Below are positions 27,501 to 41,074 of a stretch of 64,000 bases of DNA, piece by piece. The translations under genes and the position numbers were made by a program. Location of the stretch: positions 5,456,001-5,520,000 of the forward strand of contig NC_047024.1 in the NCBI RefSeq assembly GCF_902652985.1, read 5' to 3'. Each line of letters begins with the position of its first letter. Within the stretch, counting starts at the first letter, position 1. This DNA comes from Pecten maximus (Eukaryota). Below the pieces are notes generated by a model, which saw only the letters and a list, made by a program, of their open reading frames with translations, was not told the origin of the DNA and ran no database searches.

Positions 27501-29182
27501 TTATATTTATTATATTATATAGATATACATTATATTAGCTCTATTAGCTATCTAATCTACTGTTATTTAAAATATGTATTTGTTTCAGTAATCAAGTTAA
27601 TAGACATCCATGTTCAACCGGATTCACACATCTTCCAAATGAATATAAAATCGTTTGTTTTTGTTAATGTATAACTGCTTTCTGGGATTTAAAAAAACTG
27701 TGATAACTTTCATGAGGTATCTGTATATTATATGTATTACAATCACAATTATCACAGCCATATAAAACATCAATATTGATATCGTTATGGTCAAAGGCAT
27801 AATTAATGAGCGAGTTAGGTACAATTTTATATTATCAAAAGAAATTCTAGACAAAAATTAGCGATTGCGTTCAGTTCATCTGTATCAGTTTATATACCTT
27901 CAGTTTTCAACGTTTAGCATAGTCAATATCAGTGAATTTTTCTTTATCTTACAGACGTTTCAGACCTGCAAGTGGTTAAGAATGTAAAAGATTAGTATCA
28001 GTAATACAAGTTGTACAGCACATGAAAGGAGAACAAAGGTCAATGTATTTGCTAGTTATGTGGTACCTATGCCATCTCAAAACGAAAATTTACTTGCATT
28101 TGCATTGGACATTATGGTAATGTGAACCGAAATGTTTAAAACGTAGAACGTGCAAGGTAGCACATTGGTAGCGTGCGTGTTATAGTTAGTGTGTTTGCAG
28201 GTTAAGCTTAACGTTAGTTATACATGTTTTCTCTTTGTGTCTGTATTTTGTGTACTTCTGTCACCCTGATCTTTGTTGGGCACTGTGCATGTGTCCTGAC
28301 TATTCTTGGTGTTTTTGTCGCCAGGGTCTGCCGTATCTGTGTGCTTCTGTCAATCATCTGTTGTGATTGGTCCTTTAATTTCGTATTATCAAATGTGGGA
28401 TAAATTCAGGGTGGTATATCGTGGGCAGTCTGATGGATTAGTTTCCTGTGTTCAGTCACGTCTTTGTATGTTAATGTAGGATTATGTTATTAAGGGTTTT
28501 AGGTTGGTTTTAACTCTTGATATGCTAGGTTTAGTTTCGTATATTAATGTCGTATGTATGGGTGTTTGTATTAGGCTTGGGCGTTTGTTCTATAGCAAGA
28601 CTTATACTGTTGCATAAGTCTATATATTTTCATGTTGATATATAAATTGTTAACTGTAATTCAAGGCGTTCGTTCTCCCTCTATACGGCAGATACAAGTT
28701 ACCAACCAGAACTGGGTTGAAGGTCCAAAGGGCGAGTCGGGTGCAGTTTAACACACGTATGCAATCTTGGCACAACACGCTCCTGTTACATATTAATATG
28801 CTATTTACCTGGTGTATATCAAGATATATAAGATTAAGACTGCACAAAGTATAAGAAAAAAATAGAACATTTGGCGAGATTATGAGAGTTGGTTAGACTG
28901 GAATGAACGGTCATGTTTCCATGAATATCGACATTTGCATTGCCTTTGTTTGTCATGCTGTCACAGTCTAAAGGAATCTTACCTGCTTTGGGGAATGTAC
29001 AGAGCAGTATATCTGATTCCCTTGAGTCAAAGTCCCTAATTGCCTCCATGTGTTTTTCAGGACCGGCCAATAGCGGGCGAAATTTCGGAAGCATACAGCC
29101 ATCGTAAGTAGGATGCTTTTTGCTCCGCAAAATATTAAGTATTTTTTCTCTTTCCTCAGGATCAAGACTTTAATAAGTCCAT
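24580..29182 (-). pseudogene. Sulfotransferase copy 3 with two 1-nt insertions (pseudogene or assembly error); exons 29182-28983, 26852-26514, 25279-25175, 25024-24838, 24692-24580
   Basis: First coding exon is 200 nt instead of 199 (extra t at 29169-29171, giving MDLLKS*). The 104-nt exon is 105 nt (extra base at 25236-25237). Splice sites and motifs are otherwise intact. Confidence 0.75.
27142..27290 (+). mobile_element. Miniature HINE-type element without an array
   Basis: ctcacctggtccgaag ... ggtgagcgatataggccctctgggcctcttgt; same terminal modules as 16447-19089. Confidence 0.75.
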
Positions 29183-30804
29183 CGTTCTCCTGTCAAGTAT
29201 ACATTAATAGAAAACTGAGAATAGAGGAACAACTGATATAAACAATATATATATCAACACATAGATGTGATAAAGAAGATCAGAAATACATAGTATACAC
29301 GTACCTTAAGCAGGTTAGTCAAACATAAACAAAACAAGACGTCTGATTGCGTTCCATTATCGGGTTAGTACCATTTCTACCAAATAGTAACAGTATCATA
29401 AAATGGAACAGACTTGAATATCCAGCGAAATTCCAAGATGTCGGCTGTCGCTACCAAAAACCGAATGATTTCCTTCTTTACGACTTAACGGATGTAAAAT
29501 CGATATCTTCTAATTAATCCTGACATACACAATCTATAAAATTTCTTTGCTAATGAAGAGTCTCCGTCAAAAAGTTTACTTGCATGACAACTGAAGAATC
29601 ACAGTCGCGCCATCTTGAATCCAAGTGGTACGTTTGAAATAACTATCCACGAGTGCCAGTTCGGCTCTGCTAGTACAACCTGTTCCATTATGAGTGCGTC
29701 AGATTCTTATCGGTACAACTGGCACGAACCCGATAAAAGAAAGCACCCGACAGCAACTCTATAGCCATTTACAAGATTACGTAACCACTCATTGTAATGC
29801 TACTGTTTTTGTGTCGTCCCACTTCCTCGCCCATTCACTACATGTATAACAATCAACACAAAATTCTTCTCATTTCTATATGCTTACTCATTTGAATAAT
29901 AGTTCAAATAATAAAATTCGGTGCATGACGTATCCAGTAAAATTATCCAGTAAGCAAAAGGAAAGGAAATTATTACTTTAGATACATGTAAGCTGTGTCT
30001 CGATGCGACGTCTGGGGACCACTAGGACCAATTTATTGATTAATAGACGTTGATTAATTGATAATAGAAGATAATTTTTGATAAAACAAAATAGTTCAAG
30101 TTACTCAAACTTCTTTATCTATCCTATCTAAATATCACTTTCATTTCTGTATAATTTGAACCATTTGTCTAGGAAATCGTCCCGTTTTTATCCGTTGTTA
30201 TTTTAATGTCTCCCCACTTCGTTATCTTTTTTTATATTATTTTTTGTTAAATATATTGATGTCGCGACATTGGTAGAGGGTAAGGTATAAAATGATGAGG
30301 TATTGTTTCATTCCACAATATGGCTGATTGGTTTTTGTTGTCTCTTGAAAACATTTTTGTTTTTTTGGGGGGGAATATCTCGATTTTATCGTATTCGTAT
30401 TTTGTTGTCGCCTATCAATGTCAAGGTTAAAATCACGTTTTAATTTCAAGTTCGTATCTGTGTTTTGATGTTTCTGTTTTTGTCATGTACCTTTATAATA
30501 TAGTTATACTATTATCCTATCCTGCGATAAACCACTTAACCATTCAAATTGTGTTTATAACTATCATTTCATTAGGCTTTGTGTTGATTAAATTTAATTT
30601 CAACAACTTTTATTGACATAGTTGATCAATGTTTATTGGATAACTGACAAGACTATTTACATTCTTTCCAAATCATGTATTCAACTTTTGAACATAATTT
30701 CCGAAAGGAAAATTATAATCACATAAGTTAAAGGGAAGTAACTCATTCTTAGATTAACACCACTGGATCACAATACTTAGATTAACACCACTGGATCACA
30801 ATAC

Positions 30805-31854
30805 ATTTACACTGAACACATCTTACATAATGCTATTTTGTATAGAGAATCTGGTCTTATTCCACTTTCTAAACGTCGACATCTTCATCAACATATTCTG
30901 TTTGATAAGATTTTTAATAAAGTATGCCCTGTTCATTTAAGTGACTCCATTTTACCTTATATGGACACAAATAATATTGCTTACCCATTACGTCATAATA
31001 GACTTTTTGATGTGCCTCGGGCTAGAACAAACCTTTATAATACAATTTTTCCCCTTAAATCATGTATGAATGGAACAATCCAACTTGTCTGTTTCCATCA
31101 ATGTCCTCTTTAAATACCTTAAAGCGTGAATTCTTACAACATCTTGACTTAGATGGTGATACACAATGTACCACTATTTTTTAAAAACGGTGGAGATCAA
31201 AACATTAGTATAGTTTTATGTCAGTTGAGTAATTCTGTGAGTAATCTTAATGCAAATTTATTTAATTCTCATTTAAAAGATACCCCTGCCTGCAACTGTA
31301 GGTATCCAGTTGAAGATTGCTCTCACTACTTTCTAAACTGTCCTCTTTATAACATTGAAAGGCAGTCCCTTTTCAACTCTCTAGCTGCTCTGAGTGATCA
31401 TATGCTGCAGAATACACAATTATTTTTATTTGGTTCTTTTGATGTGGATATTATTTTAAACATATCAGTTCTTGACTTGGTTCAGAGATTCAAAGTCGAT
31501 ACCAGACGATTTTCTTGACTCAATACTGGAAATTGTAAATTTTTCATAACTGTTTTTTTTTTTCACCTCTATAAATATAGCACAGGCTATTGATTGTGAA
31601 TGGACTGTTTTTTGTCCTTTGCTATTTTTCTTAAGTTTGATCAGTCGATATCATAATGCAATTTCCCGCTTGAATTTAGTAGTATACATGTATTGGAATC
31701 TCTTGCAGTTATTAGTTATAGCATTCATATTTATTTTTGTTATGTACATCATGTTGTATATATCATAAGGAGAGGGCTTTTTATAGGCTTGTCCTGTTGC
31801 CCAATTCCCTTTGTCTGTACCATCTTGACAATAAAATATTCTGAAATAAAAAAA
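30805..31854 (+). mobile_element. 3' fragment of a non-LTR retrotransposon (CR1/L2-like) with 3' UTR and A-rich tail
   Basis: ORF2 C-terminal remnants (PLSKRR..H, YPLRH, QL..SVSNLNANLFNSH..CNC..EDCSHYFLNCPLY) with frameshifts; aataaa and aaataaaaaaa at the end. Confidence 0.75.
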
Positions 31855-33869
31855 CACATCTTACATAAATACTTTTAGAGCTATTATTCAGTTTTTTATA
31901 AGCTATAATGACAGTCCTTGGCAGTCAGTAACCAAAAGGGCATGCCCTTATCAATATGTTGTTTGTCCGATTATGTTGTTATGGGATGCTTGTTTATAAA
32001 CCCAAGCTCTGATCATTTTTTGTATTACTGGATGTGTAGGTTGTAATCCGTATGTCTATTGCCGTATATTGAGGGTCTGAATCTGAATGATTGTCAGTAG
32101 AAAGGCATATTTAAAAAGAAAGGAAAATGCGTTCGGTTTCAATCCCAACTCCAAAGTGTTTATAATAAACACAAATTTTCATATTCATATCAATATATAT
32201 GATATATCAAGATTCAATAATTAAGTTGAACGTTAAACAATTTATATTCTATTTACTGTACATGTTACAGGGGCTGGCTAGGCCAACACAAATGTGTAAG
32301 ACAGGAGGGTCCAGGGCAGAGCCCTGGTGGGAGGATCAGAGAAAACCCAGAAATACTGTTTTATACGAAACGAATGAAAGTAACGAAAAGGAAAGCAATT
32401 CCGTTTTATTTTCCATGTGGATATTTGCATTCCGTTTTTTATATTCACACGACGTTTTCATTCTCCAAAGAAGAATGCTGATTCGCATGAATGCAAAAAC
32501 ACATTTTGATATTGAAATCCGAGCAATGAAAATGAAAAGCCAATCCTTGGAAGTTATAGTTTACCCGACGCCTATCGTAAATTCTTCGCCATGTAATCCT
32601 CGAACATTGTTGGATACAGCGTAAAACAACTTGCAGAACGATAGACAAGTTCTTATTTCGGTTAATGTAATGCTTAATTACCACACCAATAATAACGTTG
32701 CTTAAAGGCAATTTTGATGGCTAGCATAAGTAGCATTTATTACTGATACAGTCTACGTTTGGATTAAATAATTTCAAATAGATGGTAAAGAATTGGAATT
32801 GTTAATGCCATAAACTCATGTATTCATAATGATATTGCATGAAAATAGGATGGTATTATAGAGACATTATAATGAGAAATGATATCTTCAATTTAACCTC
32901 GATCAAAGGCAACAGACACGGAAATAGGCTTTCTCCTCATTCACAGAGAAAATTTGGCAGTACAGAAGTAATTGACGAAATCCCGCAAGTTCCGCAGGAA
33001 CCTATAAAATCGTTATGACTCATTGGAGGAAACAAGTCTACCTCAATAAATTAAATGGTGATCATATATTATTGTAAGACAACATCTGCTGTCCAAGTGA
33101 CTTCGTAAAATCAGCATTAATGTATCTTTAATCAACCGAAACCACACACCAAAATATAATGTTCGAGGAAGATTAAAATGAAAAAAAAAAAAAAAATGTT
33201 TAACCAAGTTCAGCTCAAATGAAAACAAAAATGTTGATTTTTCTACATAAAGTAATAATGACAGGACTAGGCTATTACGGTATTTTTTTCATAAGCGAGA
33301 CAAGCAGTAATGAGTTGTTATTAAAGGCATTGTCAATTTTGTCACTTGCATGGACTGATGAAAGGAAGTGAACCTCGTTCAAATGAAATGAACTGCGAAC
33401 CGGTACAATAATAGATCACCAATGTAAAGAGTGAAGTAATCTGATTTTTCTAGTTATAGGCAGAGTTGGGTAAAATTGTAAATATTACATTATATAGTGG
33501 ATGCTCAGTAGGGTTGATTAGGGCCAGATGTGTTTTATTTTAAAAAGTACCCAGTAGAGTTATTTTTTTCTTTCTTTCTTGCAAGTGGAACATCAACCAA
33601 AGTCAAAAAGACTTCACAATCTTAAAAAATAATCATTAATTGGTGCAATGCGACAGCAATGATAATAATGTGAATTAGTAAAACTTTCTGTACTGAAGGG
33701 CCTTGTTACGTACACAGGTGTTGGTGATAAGCATTCTGTAATACTAAGCAACATTTGTCTATACTTCAACGACCGATAAAGTTTAGTACTGACGACACGT
33801 GACCAGCCAAGATAAAACAATATATGACCAATATATACTGTCTCTATCTTGTCAGCGGCAGTCTTTGCG

Positions 33870-35007
33870 ATGACAACAAACATGGAAAACGCCCTCAATG
33901 GCAAAATGTTCATGCGAATATTTTGCACATTGGCTTTATTTATGTTTCCAGACAGAACGGTTCTGGCCGATTCCATTGCCAAAGCTACCACTGCCGATGT
34001 GCAGTTGGTGATGTTGACAAAACGAATGAGCGAGGTTGAACTTTCTTATTCCAGAGATGTGGGCGAGCTTACCAAACGTGTGCAGGAACTCTTGGATTTA
34101 CGCGAAATTGATTAGCGCGAGATGACGAGGTTGAATCAACAAGTAAGAAAACTACAACTTTTGCACGTAAAAGATGTAAAAAGATCTCAATTTTGACGCA
34201 ACGTATCGAGGAAATCGATCGTCGTTGTGATGAATATGAACAAGTAGATATATCTAAGCAAACACCTACACCATCACAAAACGAATTGCCGCGTTATAAT
34301 ACAAGTGCGATACCGCTTTCGTCAAATACCAAACCTCGAGAAACGATGATGAGAGGGAATGACAGGTCAACATCTCGTAAAAATCTGTGATCCAAAAGTG
34401 AGAGGTCGGGTAGGATCCAGTCCAGGCCAAAGAGATTGATTACTCGTGCCAGTAAGTATTTTACAGGGGAATGAAATTTAAAACATTTTTACACTTGTAC
34501 TTTTCAATGTTCATTTCAGTATCAAATAATTTAGAACTATGAATATGATTATTATAATATAGTTGTAGTATGAATTTTAAACAAGCGATCATTTTCTCCC
34601 AAGGTTCAGTTGAGGACAATGTGGCATTCCATGCTATCCTTGCACACGAGATATCCGATCCATCCACAAACCACCCGGTGATATACAACCACCTCATGTT
34701 AAACACTGAAGGCGCCAACTACAGCACAAATACTGGCGTCTTTAGGTGTACTAGTGCTGGAGTTTATGTTTTCTCTTGGTCCATATTTGTAAGGAAGAAT
34801 CAGTACATTTATACCGAATTGGTACGTAACAATGTCGTGATAGGGTCCAGTTTAGCAGGCGAGGACACAATCAGCTACACAGCAGGATCTGCAACTGCCG
34901 CAACACACCTGGAGGTCGGAGATGAGGTATGGGTACGTGTAAGTGGCCACGAGAGTGGATCAGATGTATTAGCAAATCTTTCCATGTTCACTGGCTTTCG
35001 CTTGTGA
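33870..35007 (+). pseudogene. C1q-domain-containing gene, unit A copy, disrupted in exon 1 (exons ~33870-34451 and 34604-35007)
   Basis: Relative to the unit B copy: TAG at 34113-34115, a 1-nt deletion near 34180 and TGA at 34388-34390. The gC1q exon (VAFHA...TGVFRC...GVYVFSW...SMFTGFRL) is intact. Confidence 0.85.
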
Positions 35008-35479
35008 TGAAACCAATCTTATTCCGCAAGTTGTAATATTGTTACAAATAAACCATGAAGATTCAAAGTATTTGGTTGATTAGCAATTATTTTCGACGCA
35101 AAAGAAGGGTTTGATGGTAAATTATTTGTTATTGGTCCAAGTTATTATTTCACTCAGAAGTGTATTGTTGCTCTATTAGTTTAAAATGCATTTACGGATT
35201 TGTACATCGAAAGGTCTTTTTGTGTTATGTCAAACAATATGCCTGGTACAACGTATCTTGTTAATTCACAACGTATCGCAATTGCCTGGGGTTTTATCTT
35301 TAGTTCTACCCCCCCCCCCCCCCCCACACCCCCGTCCTCCGTCTGCGAGACCGCAGATTCTTTCAGGGCTACGACTTAAACAACCGTCGTACAAAACAAT
35401 TCAAATATGTGCTGTGCCCAAGTTGGGTCTTTTACTACAGGCAACAATTGAAATTTCCTGCGATTGGCAGTAAAGCAGG

Positions 35480-35960
35480 AAAGGCATGTCTGTTTGATAC
35501 GAGAGAAAGGTAACTCATGAATATTGATGAGGGAAAATGAGTTACACGTGGATTGTATGAAGTGTGAGCAGTTAGTGTGGTGTATCATTCTAGCCTGCGA
35601 CCTCAGAGTGCACGGTCAGTTTTGTGTTTTAAAATTAAAAAGTGGTAAGACTCGGAATGGAATGTCGTTATAACTTTATAGGCTGAGTTTAAGATTTTTG
35701 TCTGATTGATCAACGTGTTCAGATTGCTAGTAAATATCATTGATGTAACCGTCAAAAGGTTTTCCAGAGTGTTTGACTTATTAAGTTTTATCTCTGGTTT
35801 TTAACCCTGGACGTTTTAGGGATGTTTTTTAAGAGTGTTGGATTATGAGAGAAAAGGATAGACAGATAGGCATAATGATTTATGTTGATGTTTAAAATTA
35901 GTAATTAAATTAAAAGTTTTGCTGTTTTCTCTGTTGTCATATGTTTAAGAAAGCATTTTA
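35480..35960 (+). mobile_element. Highly degraded L1/Tx1-type RT relic (unit B copy at ~54930-55480)
   Basis: Broken motif remnants in the expected order: LKSGKT, SGF.PGR, GIMIYVD..KAF. Confidence 0.45.
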
Positions 35961-36865
35961 TATAATTTGCATTTGATGGAAGCTTAATTTTGTTAGCACA
36001 TCTCAGTTCAAATATTGCTATGGTACACAAGGCTGAAAGGCCAGTCCAAAATAGGTCAAAATGTGTAAATTCTGCTCGATACCAAGATGCGGTAGAATAA
36101 AATACCCAATATCGATTCGGCTCGGCGAGAAACTGGCATTTTCTATTGTTTCTTAAGTAAAATGCTACAAGTCTGCGTGTTTTTTTGTTTTTGTTTTGCC
36201 TTTGAACATATTGTACCAGCCCTACCCGCCGATGGTAGTAGATGGGACCCTCAGGAGCCTAAGAAGATTTCGATTCAAGAGTCTTCTTCTTCACACCCTG
36301 AGGTAACAAATACTTTTTACAGAACACAAGATTTACACGTTTCTACGGAAGATAAAACAAAACATACATGATTCAGTTGTATGCACCTATTGACCACCAC
36401 ACAGTTTTATTTTTGATGAATAGAAAACTTGAAGTCTGTTACACATTTATAAATCAACAGATTGATATAAGTGAATTATTACAAGCTTGCGTGTAATACA
36501 TCTGAAATAATTGATAGAAAACCACATCTGTTATTATCTGTATGTCAAAAATTACGACTTTAACGTTTAAAATGAACTTGTGTTGAAGCAAAACTGCATA
36601 TCGGATTCTTACAGAAGTTTGCGAACAAAATTTATTTTATAATTAATTTTTGAAAATAAATTTCTAGTTTAAAACATGTTTTATGTACAAGGTTACTTGA
36701 TTTTTATATGGGATTTTTTTTTCTCAAATCAATACGCAACGTCAATTGTCCTGTTGTGACGTCACATTTTTCGCGCTTTTCTCAGATTTATTTTCAAAGT
36801 GGTATGAAAAAAATAACCACCAATCAGAAAGTCTGCGTACAAACAGTACAAAAAATATTTATTAA

Positions 36866-37324
36866 AGAGGCTTACCTGCAGACGGACCGGTAAACGGCAC
36901 ATCTCCGATCACTAAATAAACTTCAGTACACGTTTCTATGTGACAAAATTAGAGGCTTTCCGACTTTATTTCTTGAAAACAATTACAGAATATGTATTTA
37001 AAAGACGTTTTAAAACTCAACCTGAGAGGGAATCGTATGGAATATAACGGCAAATCGCCGCTGCCTTTGAAGTTATCACTGTGTGGCACTGTGCACGTGC
37101 TTGTTTCTTTGATGTGTCAATCAAATTAGACTCCACTTTATTGTGGGGACTTATTGCGGGTTGCGATTAAATAAATAATATTCAAAAAATGAGGTTTTAA
37201 TATCACTTTTCAGCGTTTTATAAAGAAAATAAAATGAAAAACTCAACAATTCCAACAATCTGTCATGTGTAAAAAACCTTTTTCTATTAGCCAATTTTTC
37301 TGATCTCTCTGCGGGCAAGCCTCT
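36866..37324. mobile_element. 459-bp MITE with TTAA target-site duplication (Kolobok-like), unit A only
   Basis: TIRs AGAGGCTTACCTGCAG / CTGCGGGCAAGCCTCT, TTAA on both sides; empty site attaagcttt at ~56485 in unit B. Confidence 0.85.
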
Positions 37325-37853
37325 TTAAGCTTTACATAAAAAAAATCAGTCCAATTTATTGTTACGTCTTACTTAAAAAAGATAATTTTACACCAACATA
37401 AAATTATTGAAGACTTAATTGTTAATCACATCAATAAAAATCGCTTTGGATTATTTCCAAAGATAAGTATTTTGAAGCGCGAGCTTATGTAGGAGAATGA
37501 TGAAAGAACATTGGAAGCTATAAGATATTTCATAGTTCGAAACACTACATCAAGGAAAATACTGCCTGGTGTCGTTGTATACGAAGATAGCAGTTTGTAC
37601 TAAAGGGCCGAGGCAAAACCAGATGTTAAATTTAAACACCGTCTCTTCTTCCATTAAAGATAAACACAGTTAAATCCACGAGACCAGTCGAGATGATAAG
37701 ATAAAGACATCTTTCTGACACTATGTAGGCGGCTTTCTCTTCTGTTTTTCTATTTTTCCTTCTCATTCAACTTATACAATACACAACATGTTTCATGCTT
37801 CATTGCTTACTTTCATTACTATTTCTTTTCGTACTTGCTTACAAGCTCATACC

Positions 37854-38636
37854 TACGAAAGCCTATTAGGGTCATTTTGAAATGTAAAATGAAAAAACAT
37901 ATCTCGTTAAAACGCGATAATTATCTCGTTAAAACGCGTAAGTATGATTTTGTCTCATTAAAACGCAATAACTACCGCGTTAAAACGCGATAATACTCTC
38001 GTTAAAACGCGTTAGTTATCTCGTTAATACTCGATAATCATCTCGTTAAAACGCGTAAGTATGCTTTTATCTCGTTAAAACGCAATAACTTCCGCGTTAA
38101 AACACGATAATACTCTCGTTAAAACGCGTTAGTTACCTAGTTAAAACGCGATAATTATCTCGTTAAAACGCGTTTGTTATCTCGTTAAAACGCGATAGTT
38201 ATCACGTTAAAATGCGTTAGTTACATTGTGTTTTAGTGTATCTCGTTTAAACGCGATAACTATATCAATAAAACTAGTATGCTTTTATATCTCGTTAAAA
38301 CCAATAACTTCCGCGTTAAAACGCGATAATGATCCCGTTAAAACGAGTTAGTTATCTCGTTAAAATGCAATAATTATCTCGTTAAAACGTTATCTCGTTT
38401 AAACGCGATAATTATCTCGTTTTAACGAATAAGTTATCGCGTTTAAACGCGGTAGTTATTGGTTTTAACGAGATATAAAACCATACGCGTTTTATTGATA
38501 TAGTTATCGCGTTTTAACGGGATAAATATCGTTTTTGAATGAGATAACTAACGCGTTTTAACGGGATAAGTAATGCGTTTTAACGAGATACATATTTTTA
38601 TTTTGCTTTTCAAAATGGAACGAATAGACTTTCGTA
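37854..38636. mobile_element. Foldback MITE with TACG...CGTA termini, 6-bp TSD and internal ~22-bp repeats (IS3EU-like), unit A only
   Basis: TIRs tacgaaagcctatt / aatagactttcgta; TSD CATACC at 37848-37853 and 38637-38642; tatctcgttaaaacgcgataa repeats invert near 38410; empty site at ~57409 in unit B. Confidence 0.88.
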
Positions 38637-38734
38637 CATACCTTCAAACATGCATGCATGCATACGTACATACAAACGTATGTTTACAAATACCTATTCA
38701 GTCAAACCCACCGTTCGACGCCTATACAGACGCA

Positions 38735-38795
38735 AAAACAACAACAACAACAACAACAAAACAAACAACAACAACAACAACAAAAAACAACAAAA
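38735..38795. repeat. (CAA)n microsatellite
   Basis: Directly visible; absent at the matching unit B site (~57497). Confidence 0.9.
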
Positions 38796-38989
38796 CTCAT
38801 TGACATACGACAAACAGACACTACGAAAGACACTGACCAACCTAAACCCTGTCACTGTTAGATATACAAATAAACACACAATTCACCCTAATAGCCTAAT
38901 AAAAAATACAACATCAGTCAGATACACATATAAAACATTTAAACTAGGCGTACTTCCTTAAAAGTTCCTTCATTAATGTAACAATAGGT

Positions 38990-39440
38990 ATGGCGGATAA
39001 CAATTTAGTATGTTTATCGTCTATGAATGGAGCAATAGCAGCTGTCAAAATGTTTCCAGACAGAATGGTTCAGGATGATCCCATCCACAAAACGATCATT
39101 TTTACTGAACAGCTTGCGGTGCCGACCAAACGGATGAACGAGTTAGAACATTTACATTCAAGAGATATGAACGAGATGACCAAACGTGTATAGGAGTTTT
39201 CGGATTCACGCGAAAACGATTTGCCTACTGAACAAGGAAGTGAAGTAAACTTAAGGTTTATACGTCACAGATAGAGACATGACATCAATGTTTATACAAA
39301 GAATACAGAATTTTGAGCGTTTGTGGGTGACAAAGATCACATTTCACATTACGACAAGCCGTATAACAAGGGAAGTAACCTTTTACTGACTTCGCCCGCT
39401 AAAACAGCCTCTAATGATTCAACTACAGCTGAAGAGGTCA
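38990..39440 (+). pseudogene. Orphan relic of a C1qDC exon 1 (coiled-coil part), unit A
   Basis: MFPDRMVQDD...EQLAVPTKRMNELEHLHSRDMNEMTKRV* aligns with MFPDRTVQAD...DQLVMLTKRMSELELSYSRDVGELTKRVQ of the intact gene. Confidence 0.8.
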
Positions 39441-39450
39441 AATCATAATG

Positions 39451-39878
39451 TTAGGAGAACAACTAGAGGGGACGAATTTGTTTCTTCCTAGACAGAGCCC
39501 AAAATTGTTATCGTCGCGAGTTTATGTGCTACGGGGAAGTTCTATATCATTCTAAAGGCAGATAAAATTCTCGTCATAATGAGTTAAAAGATAAACAAAA
39601 TTAAACAGCTTGCTTAACAGGAGAACATATTAAGATATATTGAATACATGAATGATATGGGAATAAAAAAGTCCATTCTCCTCAAACATAGATTTAGTTA
39701 GGAAAATAATTGTTCGCTGAGGTATGTTATAGACTATCGGATTTTTCATTTGATACGTTAGTGGATACAGGTATTTTTCGATGGAAGAACAGAGGTCAGG
39801 ATATTGACAGGATGAAATAGAGGATAATATACACAGAACTGCCTTCTCAGGGGGTAATTTAATTTTAAGGAACGTGAT
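39451..39878 (+). mobile_element. Gypsy pol relic, unit A copy, cut at the duplication junction
   Basis: Matches 19371-20007 and 58930-59649 with internal deletions. Confidence 0.7.
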
Positions 39879-41074
39879 TGCGAGGAACGAGGAATCCAAT
39901 ATAAATAAGGTAATACTGCATCCTGTCGGATTATCTTATTCCCAACCGTCACTCACAGACATTTTCAAATCATACTTAACATCATGGATTTGAATTACAA
40001 TGTTTAAACTTAAAATACCATTGTACTTCCTATTTTTTGTCAATATTATTGGTAAAATCAATAATATTTCGGCAATCCCCTAACGGAGTGAACGTGAGAA
40101 GGGAACAAATAATGATGTCCAGAGAAATAATGAGATAGTACTGCGTGTATGTAGGCAATCAAATGTCTTAATATGGTATATATGGTTGATTATAAGACGC
40201 AATATGGCGTTTGGCTGCAAAGCTCTGACATTTCTATCAACTATAGTTAACGTATCAATACAGTTTAATTCTAATATATAAGTTTCAGAGTATCTTTTCA
40301 AAATATACGTGAATGAAAATAAAGTTGTAGTAAAAACATTCCTTCCTTATTGTCTGTTCTTACCTTGTGGTCAAATGATGTCACGATTCGGGTGTCAGTT
40401 ATGCTCTCACAGAGTACAAATCTATCATATTAGTTAATATCTTGACTTTGCCGTACAGATCTTAATATACATATATAGGTCTGATTAAGTATGAAAGAGA
40501 ACAACAAACTATACTAGTTGATAATGGTAAATTACTGATACAGTAATTACGGCAAGAATCAACTAAAAAATGAAGGGTGCATACTGAGGCTCGGTGCTAG
40601 GAGAACCATACATTATGTAAGATGTATATACATCCTAACATGTCATTCGTATATTAATAAAACACTTTAGACATTAGTTTTGTATGTTTAGTTTTTTGTT
40701 TGTTTTTTGTTTTTGTTAAAAAGTACGATAAGACAGGGGACAATTTAAATGTTAATAAAATCGGTACAAAAGACGACACAGAGTTAAACAACCGCATCAA
40801 ACTACCGTATAAAATTTCACAAATCATCGATCTATAATAACTTTGTAATTGATAACAGTATAACATTGGACGAATCTCCATAACATGTATAATTATATTG
40901 TGTCTTTACAGTATAACCTTGGAAGAGGCATCAGTTAATCTGTAAAACATTGTAACTGATTACAGTATAACGTTGGACGAACCATTAACCCATCTATGCT
41001 TACATTGTAACTGATTACGTTGGGCGATTAATCAGTTATCAGTATAATATTTGACAAAGTCTATTTATAGTCGT

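Larger units (their letters stand above)
23384..39878. repeat. Segmental duplication unit A (~16.5 kb)
   Basis: Colinear, high similarity with 39890-59649 from aggaatccaatataaa to aaggaacgtgat. Confidence 0.92.

Noticed and set aside
28150-28830. Hydrophobic or Cys-rich ORFs in the SULT intron (also 47731-48184)
   Set aside because: GT-rich low-complexity sequence; reading frames are not preserved between the duplicates.
38573-38961. Poly-Q, poly-N and poly-T ORFs
   Set aside because: Translations of a (CAA)n microsatellite that is absent from the duplicate.
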